Assembly (NCBI GenBank): GCA_000708835.1
Contig: DF237121.1
Span: 62,001-126,000, forward strand
Source: Klebsormidium nitens
Lineage: Eukaryota > Plantae > Klebsormidiophyceae
Reading direction: 5' to 3'
Length of the DNA: 64,000 nt
This document shows positions 1 to 11,800 of the stretch, one piece after another (position 1 is the stretch's first letter; every line of letters starts with the position of its first letter). The notes beneath the pieces are model-generated. The model saw nothing but the letters and a program-made list of their open reading frames with translations, was not told the origin of the DNA and ran no database searches. The translations under genes were made by a program, and so were the position numbers.

Positions 1-1273
1 CTCGGCCGGTGCCTTTCACGGCGCTGAGATTGAAGCAACAAAGAAAAGTGGGTTGTCAGCGGATATCGACTACAGCGCATCGTCAGGACATTTGTAAGAC
101 CTCGCAGACGCAATCAACCAGCAACATGACAAAGTTGCAGCTTCCAACGTTGCAGGAAATCCAGCTCGCAAAGCGTACTGGAATAACGTTGCTTTCAGCG
201 GCCTGACATTTATTGGCAATTGATGCTAACAACCCTTGCACCAAGCGGCAACACCAACATACTCCACGGCTGCCTTGCAATCAAGGAAGCTTAGAGCGCC
301 CAAGAAGCTGTGACGTAGATGGACGACCAGATTAGTGAGTGCCCAAGACCCAAAGCGCAACCAGGCCAGATATGCTGCAAGTCGCCATTCCGCATCGACA
401 GTATCTTGGAATGAGACAAACTGACTTGGACCAGTCTGATCAGTCTGTTGAAACACCTTTTCTTGCAGCCCCATGGTCTGTTGCATAAGACAAGTGGTGC
501 TGACAAAATCTTCAATGGCACTGAAGGTCAATGGCACTGTCTTCTGCAAGCTTCATGTCAACAATGAATACTGCTGCTGAAGCACCATATATGGGATTAG
601 CTGCTGTCAAGGGACCGACAGGAGAAAATACCGGTAGTAGCTTCAATGCAGGCACTTTCTTGCTCAGTGGCTGATACTGCATTGGCATTTTTGTCTGGCA
701 TGTTGTCCAAATACAGAGTACTGCATTGAACCATCTAACCATTTTACAAGCGCAGAAGACCGCATCCGTTAGGAGTTGTCACCGCTGCCATGATTTTGCA
801 CTGCAACATCAGGGTTACTAGAATCATTGGACATTGGATAGCTCACCTGATGGTTGCTTTGCCAACCTGCTGGTATATGCAAAGAAGTGTGCCAACTGTC
901 GCATTGCTCCTAGCCTCTCGGCTGGTCCCCCCCCCGTTCCCCCCGCGTCACCTGAAACCATGTATGCACTTAAACCATGTGGCCATGACGCTCAGCACCA
1001 GCTGTAAGGCAGTATAATGCAGGAACAAATCTGCTGGGCTGCATATGACTGTTTACGCCTGCCCTATCTCAAGGGGCGTAAGGTGTGCCCCTACCCTGGC
1101 CACCTATAACTTTGTGTGGACAGGGCCGCCTGGCCCCCAGAAGCAGTCAACAGATCGGGATGAGTTTACTCTACAACTTCCTCACTTACAAGACCGCCAT
1201 TGGCCGCGCCTATCTCCAGCTCCGCTTCAGCAACTGACAAGGGGCATGGTTGTCTCTTGGAAGAAAGCGCCAT
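1..1273 (-). CDS. Possible 5' end of a gene running off the left edge of the window
   Basis: Minus strand: ATG at 1273 opens MALSSKRQPCPLSVAEAELEIGAANGGL followed by a GTAAGT donor (exon 1273-1190); polypyrimidine+CAG acceptor near position 24. No homology recognised. Confidence 0.25.
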
Positions 1274-2823
1274 GTCCCGCAGTCTGCGGCGTTAGGAGCC
1301 AGCCGGAACCAATGAGAGTCGCGTATGGGTGTGGTCAACGTTGACCTAACCAAACTTTTGCGAGAGCCAGTCCGAACTTCAGAACGGAAACGACAAAATG
1401 TGGCGATCTACCTGTGGGCTGGACTGGGCTGGAGCCTGGAGCCTGCTGCAGTGCTGCAGGGAACCGTTCTGCGAATCGCAGAGCATCAATTCCTGATATG
1501 GTCACAAATGATATCACCGATCAATGATGACCTCAGTAGTACGGACTCTGGCGTACGGAGGCCGCTTCGACACGGGTCACTCTGTGAAGTCTCTTTGGGT
1601 GCAGATTTCAACCACTTGGTCGCATACTTTGCGGAAAGCCGATTGACATTCGTTTTGGCGCTTCGGATGGACACGCGTCAGCTTGAGAAGTGCGGTTTTG
1701 AAAGATACTAAACGACCCAAGCTCGTTTCGGCTGCCGCGAGCCGCGGCGACCGTCGACCTCCGCCGGATGTCGTACGAAAGTAAATGTTGGCATTATTGT
1801 TGCGGCTAATAGTTCGGGTCAGAACGTGCGCACGTCAACGTTCGAGTCGGGGAAGGGGAAGCGACTGAGATTCTCTTTAGACTAGGCGCCCATGAGTAGA
1901 CTGAAGTCATTCTTTTCTGTCCAGGTGCCTTTGCTTTGACACCAAGAACTCGGCGCTTCGGCTTTCACCTTCTCAACACCAGATGTTTCATACCAGAGTG
2001 TCAAGGGCGCAGAGTGTTTATTCCAAGATCGCTAGACTCGATCACTAAGTTTGAAGAGTCTCAAGATTCAAGATAGTCACAAGAAGCCCAAAGGACTTCA
2101 CTTCTGGAGAGTGAAGAGTCGTACCACAGTAGTCCTAGCTAGACTGAGCTAGGTAGACTGAGCTCAGTCACCAATGCAGAATTGCTGCTGCTCCAGACCG
2201 CTCACCTGCCAGCTTTGCTAAAGACAAGCTTGAGATTCAAATTCGGGGCCAATCAGAACGTGCGTCCGACCATCACACGCCCATCACACGGCACAGGAGC
2301 TTTGGAGGGAGCGTCCAACGGCCTCTTCTCAGATTCAATTACAAACTTTTGCGAGAGCTTCCAGTCCCCCACTTTCACAAGCTTCTGCTAAAGTTTCGGA
2401 GCTGCAGACACAGTCGCAGCATTCTTCTCCCCTTCACCACAACATTCCTCAGAGCGTCTAACATCGTCACAGCTAGCAGGGCGTCAGAGTACGTCAGATC
2501 TCCTCCCCATTCCGACATTCTCTCAGCAAAAACACAGACCCGCCTTCCTCTCAGTTTGACAAAGTCTTCTTAGCGAGATCAGAGAAGCAGCGCCAGCAGA
2601 CCAGAGAAGCCTTGCTCAAGAGTAGTGCAGCTCAGAAAGACCCGAGCTGGACAGCTTTCCAATCCCCTCTCTGCTTCCCAAGTAGAAATCTCTAAACCTC
2701 CAAAGGCTACTATACCCTTTCTTCACTCTTCTCAAAGGACAATTTCCCCACCGGAAGACTCAGGTAGTACGCAAAGCTGCGGGGCTGTTGCAATAGCTTC
2801 AGGTGAAGCTCCTGACGTCAGGA

Positions 2824-5800
2824 ATGATGACGGGGGCTGTGCCGCTGAAAGGGGGCGGAAGGCATCGCTCTGTTCTGTCGGTGACAGTCGTGACCTTTTT
2901 CCTGTGTGCGATAGTGGGCCTGCCTACTGCGTATGGTAAGAATTAAGCTTCCTTGTATCCAGTTTCTTCTGAGGGGCGATGTAGTGTTTGTTTAGCAATG
3001 CCAACCTCATTCATTCGAGCTCAGAGGATCAGGAGATCAAAGCTTTGTAGCTTGCTGTCATAAGAAACAGGATTTCTGGAGTTGTGGTGGGTGCGGCAAT
3101 AATCCTTTGATTTGGTTTTGAGTTGTTTGACTTCAAGGAAGATCCTTGCTTATCAGTGCTGAACTGGCTTGAAGGGGGAGACGTTTGTCTTGGGAGTATC
3201 AAGAGGATCAGAAAACCTATGTGTGAGGGGAACTGCATAATAAGATCCCAACATTCAATGATATGGGGAGCTGGCAATCTGAAGTAGGAAAGTTCACCCC
3301 TTGTTCATGTAGTCTTCAGATTGGATTGTCAACATGAAGTTAGGATGAGGCTATGACCATCAATCAGTCTCAGAGATAGAAAATTTAGCTGAGCAACTGC
3401 CTGCGGGTGGCAGGGAGTTTTCTGCAACTATTCCTTCCATTTGTTTGAACCTGCTTTGAAATCATAAGCTGGTCAATCTATCTGCTATAATTGACCTACA
3501 TTTGCGTCATGTCGACACTTTTTGCGGGGGCCTTCTTCCTCCCTTAATCTGACTTTTTTCCTGGAGGGGGTGCATTTGATAAGAGCCCAAGTGTTGACAT
3601 TTCAAAACCCATTCAGCACTTGCATGTCTGAATAACAGAGGGTGCCCACATGCACACTTGGAAGAACTGTTCCTAACCCAACTCACAAAGGCATTTGGCA
3701 GTTTGAGTGTTCTCGAAGAAACTCGGCTTTCTTTCCGCTGTTGCCCACCTCCCCCTTCGATCCAAAACAAGGAAAAATCGATTCACAATCCCAGCTGCAA
3801 GGCTCCTGACAGTGCCACGTGTCTGTCTACAGTGCTGCTGTCGACGTCCATCGGAACGACGCCCGAGCTCGAGGCGCTGTCGAGAAAGGCCGAGGCGTTC
3901 TCTCATGGCCGGTCTCTGCTGCAAGGTGAGGTTTCTTGTGCGACAGCAAATCACAGCCCACCGCTGCTGCTCTGTTTGTCGAAGCTCGAGGACAGGTTTC
4001 GTTCTCCTTTGAGAAGTTTGATCTGCTCGGAAGGTGTGAGCGAAAATGTAAGAGAAGCTTGTTCGAAGAACTTTGAGGGCACTCTTGATTATGAAATATT
4101 GGGATGGCATCTTCGTAGAAGGCATTTGCTGACACAGTCTTAGAAGACATATTCAGACCCAATCTGAAAGAAACCAGCCCATAGAGCACAAGAGATCCTA
4201 TTCCTTGCTGACTCGAATCCGATTCCCGTTGACCGAAGAGATTTCTTCGTGCCATTTAAACAATTCTCAAGGCGTTTCTAGAGCGCCCTTCAGTCTTCTT
4301 TTGTGTTCCTTGTGAGGGAGAAAGGGATGGTTAGCACGAGACAAAAGATCCCGTCCTTTCTCTCTGGTGGCATCAGCCCCTCATCGATATCGATCTCACT
4401 ACAACCTTTCCGAAGCCGTTTCTATGTGGGTCATGAAGCAGCTGGTTCTTCTCCAAGAAGCCAAAAAAAAGGTGCGATCAAGCCCTTTTCTGCTGGGTGC
4501 AATCCGCGGTGTCCCGTTCACTTTCGGTATCAGCGGGCAAAGTCTGGTAGAGTGTATAAAACTAACAAGAGCGCTTTTCCTGGGTTCCTGATTCTTTCTC
4601 GATCTTCTTGCAGCCGACGGAGGCTCTCCGACTGGAGATCCGGAGTTGACCGTAACGCCTATCACCGGAACGCCTCGCCAGGTCGGTTTTGCAGCTACTC
4701 TGCTTGGCTTTTTCTCTTTTTTGGTTGTTAATCCTACCGAAGACTTTCATTCACATTCGAGTAGTCGCTTCGACACATACTCCAATTTTTTGAGACTGAG
4801 GCAAATGCACAGTTCGACCAAGGAAACCTCGAGTTCAATTTCTGCTGTTAACATCACAGACCCACTTTACGCACGGCTCTTTTCACGATCACCGGAACGT
4901 TCTTCCGTCTCTCGTTTCCTTCACCTCGCACTTGTCACTCATCACTGAACACTTCCCACCCTCTAGCCACTTAATTTCCACATCGCACACTTTCACTTTC
5001 CACCTCCTTTCACAGTCACTCTCACTTCCACTTCCCAGTCGTTCTCAAGTTCAAGCATCACTCTCACAAACACCTCACACATTTCACCAAGTCCCTCTCA
5101 AACACGTCAAGAAGGATTCCGCTGCACTTTCACCAAACGCACTTTCTCACAAGGCCAATGAGACTCACTCTCCTCACTCTCACTGAACAATACATCATCC
5201 TGACACTCACATTTACCTTCAGTCACATTCACGCCGTTAATTTCCACCTCCCTCGGCACCCTTCACCGATCACACTCTGCACCAGCCACTGCCTTAGGGA
5301 CGTCACATTCCACCTTGCGTATGTCGCACTTCCCAGTCCATATTCATCGAGCACTTTCAAGATTCACTGGGCGCTCATCCTATTCTTCTCACCCTTTCCC
5401 CGAGCCCTTTCTCACACTCACCAACACATTCACCCGGGCACTCACCACTCTCAGCACTTCAAACCCCCTGGGCACTCCACTTTTTCCGAGCACTTTTTCC
5501 GCCCATTTTTCCGCCCACGTTTCCGACCACTTTTCCACCCACCTCGCACAACACTGGGCACTTATTCCCACTCAGCATACTCGCCCCGGCCCTCTCTCCA
5601 CACATTCCCAACACTTTTTCCGCCCACCTCGCACGCCACCACCGAGCAGCCGCTCTTCGACGTTACCAATCAGTAGCATCAATCACTGGTCTTTCGTGAC
5701 CGAGCACTTTGACACTTACCAACACATTCACCCGGGCACTCACCACTCAGCACTTAGCCCCCTGGGCACACACTTCACTCTTCCAGAGCACTTTTTCCGC

Positions 5801-8800
5801 CCACCTCGCACGCCACAACAGAGCAGCCGCTCTGATCTCACCGTTCACATTCACCAATCACTGGTCCTTCATGACCGAGCACTTCTACCACTTCCCGACA
5901 CATTCACTCCGGCACTCACCACTCAGCAATTCAAGCCTCGCACTTATACCACTCAGCACATTAAGCACCCCGGCCCTCACTCCACACATTCCTCGAGCAC
6001 TTTTTCCGCCCAACTCGCGTGCACCCGGCATAGGCTGCTTTCACGATTCACAATCACCGGTGACCGGAATCGCGCCACCCACCACTCTTCTTCACTCCTC
6101 TCACGCTGTGCGAAGTTGAGTAGAAGCACTCACACCTCAAAGCGTCGCACTCGTCGTCGTCCAATTCCGGTCCCTCACTCACTTTTCACCCTAGCCCTCT
6201 CACTCGATCCTATCACACAAGCACCGGCCTCTTCTACACTGCACGTGTCACTTTCTTGGTCTTTCCACCCTCACTCGCTGCCGCGTGCCACTTCCTCCGT
6301 CACACTTTCACGGCTCTCTACAAGCCTGTCTCATCCCCGTCATCCACCCACCCCCCGACCTCACTGACCTTCACCCAATCACCGATCACTCTCACCGCAT
6401 CACGCACGGTTCACCACACATTTTTCTTGCCGGGCGATCTTCCGTCCCACAATTCGGTCTACACTTCCGTTTCACGCTGATATCAAGACAGCTACCGACC
6501 CTCCATTTAATGCACCAAGCCACCAGTCACTACACTGTGTCACGCACCTCTCACAACACATTTTCTCACTGCTAGACGCCTTCACCGGGCGGACACTCCT
6601 TCACTTCACCCCACTGAGTTCGCTTCTCACTTCACTTCACATTTCACTTCACTTCACTTAACTCAATTCACTCCTCTTCACTTCACCTCACTTCGGCTCT
6701 CATTTCGCGTCGGTTAGTTCGCTTCTCACTTCACTCCACATCATTTCTCAATCAAATCCACTTCGTCGCCACTCACTTCACTACACTTTTCACTTCACTT
6801 CGATTCTCGCTTTCCTTGGTTCTTCCTTTCACTCCGCCTCACTTCGCTTCTCGCTTCACTTCAAATTCCCTTCTCAATTCACTTTCTTTTCCTGTCACTT
6901 CACGTCACTCACTTTTCACTTCCTTCTACTCCACTTGACCGCTCGATGTCCTTCTATTCGCTTCCTACTACTTCAGTTCACTTCACTTCCCTTCTCCCTT
7001 CTCTTTCCTTCTCAGTTTACTTCGTTTCTTTTCTCACGTCACTTCACTTCACTTCTCACTCCTTTCCACATCGCAAACACAGCACCCTTCACTGGCCGAT
7101 GCCTTTCAACTAAACACGCACTCACATCGTGAAGTAGAGCTTCTGATCGCTTTCCCTGACAAGTTCCACCGATCACTTTCACCACTCAATCTCATCACCC
7201 ACTTTCACCGACCGCCTTTTAGAAACATTCACCTAGGCACTTGCAAACTCTCAAACCGCACTCAGCCATTCCGTTACTCCAAACAATCACTATTTTGATC
7301 CACCACTTACTTCCCCTGTTACCTTCACCTAGCACTTTCAATCCGCACACCGCGCTTGGCCACACCACAAACATCTTCACCGTATCACCACTCTTATCCA
7401 CCAGTCACTTTCCTAATCACATTCACCTAGCACTTGCACGTTTGCACACTGCACTTCGCCACTCCTCGCTTCATCACACAAAACGCTTTCTAATCGCCTG
7501 TCACTTTTCCAATCACATTCACCTAGCAACTCCCCAATCGCGCACGGCGCTCAGTCGCTCTCCTTATCCTAAGCAAACACTTCTCGTATTCACCAGGAAT
7601 TTTCTCACGAGCACCACATTTACTGGGCACTTCTTCGCACATGCGTTTTTCCACCGCTCACTCACTTCAGCACTCACTTCTATCACTCGTCTCACAAAGT
7701 CGCACTTTCACTCCCCCCGTTCCAACATCAACCTCCTCAATCATTTTTCGAAATTTGATGGCAAGCACACTCTCCTTTACAGAAGTCTCCGCGCCATCAC
7801 TTTCATTCCCTTCATACTTCGTCGCGGAGCAGTGTTGATTTCCTGCAAAGCATGCGTTTGAATGGTGAACTCTCGTCTTGTAGACCTCAGAATTTCTGCC
7901 TCAGCAACTCGTCAAAAGTTCTTCACTAACGTCGCATCTTTTTCCTTCTTGTCATTGCGCAGGCTCTTGAACGCCAAGTCTTATGTGGCTGGGCGCTCAG
8001 TACTCTTTCTTTCCTTTCTTCTCGTATCTTTCTGCATTTTTGCCACCCAAGCACTCGTCCTGCTAGTAACTTCTTTCCCGCTTCCCGTCCCAAGGCCTGT
8101 CAGAACTCGCTCTACAGAACTTTAATCTGGGCCCCAAGACTCTGTTTTGAGCACGGAAACAAGCAAACGACACAATAATCCCGACTAGAAGAAGCATTCT
8201 CTTCCCTCTTGAAAGAAATCTTCCACGCATTTTGGTCCTTCTGGAAAGAAAGACGACACAATCAGCCCTCGACTAAAAAGCATTCTCCCCCGCTCGGGCC
8301 GGAATTCTCCCGTGCAGGTTCAGTCTGGCCCCTCAAATTGCGCCTCGCCCGCAACCGCCTGCTACAACGCCAACGGTTCCCTCTTCGTCTGCTGCCCTGG
8401 GGGCTGCCCCGCTCCCCCCCGCGACACTCCATTCTGCTCGGGGGATCCCCCGGCGACCACTCGCGCCCCGGCTTGCGGAGCCGGGTCGCCTAACCCGTGC
8501 TACGCCGCTGACGGTTTGTCGTTCGTCTGCTGCGCCGGGCTCTGCGGCAGCCCGCCGGGCGGCGCCGCGTGGTGCGCCGGGCCCTCGGCGCCGACCGGTA
8601 CATACCCACCGACCGGTACAGACTCTCTGGCCGGTACGACGACCCCGGTGGTGAACCCCCCGACCACACCCCCTAGCACCGCGACCCCTGCTCCGGTTAC
8701 CCTAACGACTGTTCCGACCACTTCTCCGACTGCCCCGACCACTCCCACGTCTGCCCCGACCACTTCTCCGACTGCCTCGACCGCGCTACCCAATCCCCCG

Positions 8801-11800
8801 ACCACTCCCACAACTGCCCCGACCACTCCACCCGCTCTCCCGACCGGTACAGTACCTACTCCGACAACCAGCGCGCTTGACTCGACCACATCCAACGCGC
8901 CTTCTCCGACTCCCCCGGTCACTCCGACGCCGACTCCGACACCTGTCGGCGCTATTCCGCAGGTGGTGGTGTCTACTCCCAATGCCAATGCGACCGGTGG
9001 ACCGATTGGAGCGGTCAGGTCCTACGCCCCGATTACCATCGTGCCCGCCCGTCCCTCATCGCCGGCTATGGTGAGTGCCCCGAATGTTTCAAATGGTTTC
9101 AGAAAGCAGTCATTTGCATAGTTTTGATTTTAGAGTTAGACGTATTTAAGTGCTCTTTCCGGCCCATTTCGAGTTCGGTGTAATTCTGTGGTTAGCGGTT
9201 ACGGTTTTCGCAAAAAGGTTTTCTGGTTACGGCTCATGACTACAGATCGACGGCTAATCATCCGATATGTTTCTCGTATTTGTTCCATTCCCAGCGTTGT
9301 GCCTTGTGAAACACAGAACTTCGAAGTTGCCCCTTCAGTGCATCTCTATGACACTCTTCGCTGGTTCCAGCAAGCCGCGCCAAGAGCGAGAGCGAAAGCC
9401 GAGCGATATTTTGACTTCGAGTAGATTTGGGTACAAGTTTCTCCCTGCGCCTTCGACGAATCCTTCAAGGGACGGTGTTTCGCTCAGACTATAAATGTAA
9501 CACGAGCCTTCCACTCTGGATGCAAACGTCTCACCCAACTGTTCCTTCTCTTTTCAGTGCCTCGACTCCTCTGACAACCCAATTGGACCCGGCAACGTCA
9601 TCCCCAACCCGGGCTTCGCAAACGGGCTCCCAACCGGTTGGACGTTCTTCGGACCGGCGACCCTTTCCGTCTCCTCCGACTCTAGTTACGTCGCCGCAAC
9701 TGAACGCCAGATGACGTACGCCGGCCCCGCCTGGGAGATCGCCCCGGGCGCTCTCGCCGCTGACGTCACTTTCACCGGGCAGGCCTGGGTGCAGCTCTCC
9801 TCGGGAGATGCTGACGTGGCGCTAACCCTGCTGGTTATCAAGGACGGCGAACATAACTTCTTCCGAGTGGGAAGCGTCACCGGAACGTCTGGCTGCTGGG
9901 AGCAGATCTCGGGGTCGATTACAATCCCGGGGGGCGCCGACCAGCTGATCTTGTACGTGGAGGGACCCCCCCCCGGGACGGACCTCTACGTGCGGAGTGC
10001 GGCACTATTTCCGGCCGTGACCGGGGGACCGGAACCGGGGCCCGCCAGCGCACCGGGGCTGATGGTAAGGAACTGCTTGGTGCTTTGTAGAGTGTCTGGT
10101 TCCGCTGATATGGAATGCAGTAAAGTTTCTATTGCCTAGAAGGAGTCTTCCAAAGCGGGGGCTTCCTTTCTAAAAGTGATTCTATTCGAAGCTCGTTTTG
10201 TTGCTTCGTATCTTCGAGACTGTGCATTTCTAGAGCCGTTCAGGATCCCAAAACCAGTGCAATCAACGTATCCAAACAGTAAGGGTGAATTGATCCAAGT
10301 CCGTCTCGTTTCCTGCAATCTTATTGACTTGATAAGCATATTGACTTACTTCTTTCAACTAATCTTGCGGCTCAGATCCTTTCGCTTCTGGGCCTTGGAA
10401 CCGATCGACTCAGTTCTGATTACTTGACCCTTAGATGAGCGCTCCTTTTTGAAAGCACACCGATTCCCAGCCCACTGTTCCAAAAACTTCGAGAATCTCA
10501 TCGACGTGACTCAGTCTGACTCGCGCCCTCCTGCAGTGCATCGGTTCCAGCCGTGACGCCATCGCCGGTACGAACCTGGTCGACAACTCGCGCGCGCAGA
10601 TCGGTTGGACCTGCGCCGGGTGCACCTTCAACTTTTCCTCCGACCACTCCTACACGGTCGCGACTGCACGGGGGACCACGTATTCCGGTCCCACCTGGAA
10701 CCTGAACGGAAAGCTTTCCGCCGGACTCGCGAACTCGCTGTCCGTCTGGGTGCAGCTGGGCCCCCAGGTGACGTCAGCGAAGGTGAAGCTGACGGCGAAG
10801 AAGTCGCGCTCGTCGGAGGTGGAGTATATCCCGGTGGACGAGACGATCGCGTATGCGGGATGCTGGACGCAGCTCTCGGGGACGTATACGCTGGCGGGGC
10901 CGAGCGACCAGGTAGCAAATGAAACCACACTTTGCGTTGTGTTATCTTTACTTTTTCCCAGTGTCAGAACCGATCGATGACAGCAAATGGGAATCAGAGC
11001 CCACAAGCTTACCCTTGAAAACTCAACGGGATCATTTGGAATTGGGACGCTTGTATTAGATTCGCCTGTGACAGATTTGCCCTGTAATAGAAGCGCTCGT
11101 AACAGAACCGCTTGTAAGTGAGAATCTTGTACTGCTCGGTTGCGCGTTTGCTGAGTTTTGTCACCGCAGCGGTTCAGAGCCCACTCGAGAGATGGCAAGC
11201 CGCAGCGCTTCGGCATTCAGAAGACGACATTCAACATAAAGCCAGTGCGAAAGATTCCTCATTTTGTGCACGGATTTGTTTCAATATTACCTGATTTTTG
11301 AACCCAGGTGGCCATTTACGCTGAGGGCCCCGACCCGGGCGTGGAGCTGTGGGTCGCCGACCCGGCGGTCTTCCTCCCGGGCGCTTATGCCGCACCGGTG
11401 CCCAAAGTGCCCCAGACTAACGTGGTGAGGACTTCGTTTCCAGTCACAGAATTCTTCCCCATTGTGCCGTTTGCTTATTTCGGGTTATCGCCACTCCTGC
11501 TTTGTGCGTGTTCTCAGTTTTCACTCAAGCATTGAAGGTTATCTTTGGCCAACGCTGGAAGTCAGCTTTGTAACGCTGCGGAAGCTTGGGAAAACGAGCG
11601 CGGTGTTTTGGAAGCGGGATACCCGGCGGAATCCACGGTTCCGGCCGAGGAGTACTTGTAGAATTAGGAGGTGATGTACGCCTGACGTACGCTTTGCGAG
11701 GCCTTGCACGTCACTCGTTCGATAAAAAGAACTTCTTTGATGCTTTGGGGCTACCTTCAGATTGAGATCGCCTCTTCGAACCTCGCGCTCTTCACCTTTG

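Noticed and set aside
5158-7861. Long ORFs (172, 350, 136 and 206 aa) rich in H/T/S/F/L
   Set aside because: They arise because the G-poor repeat tract rarely forms stop codons; they lie in a phase-consistent intron and have no protein-like motifs.
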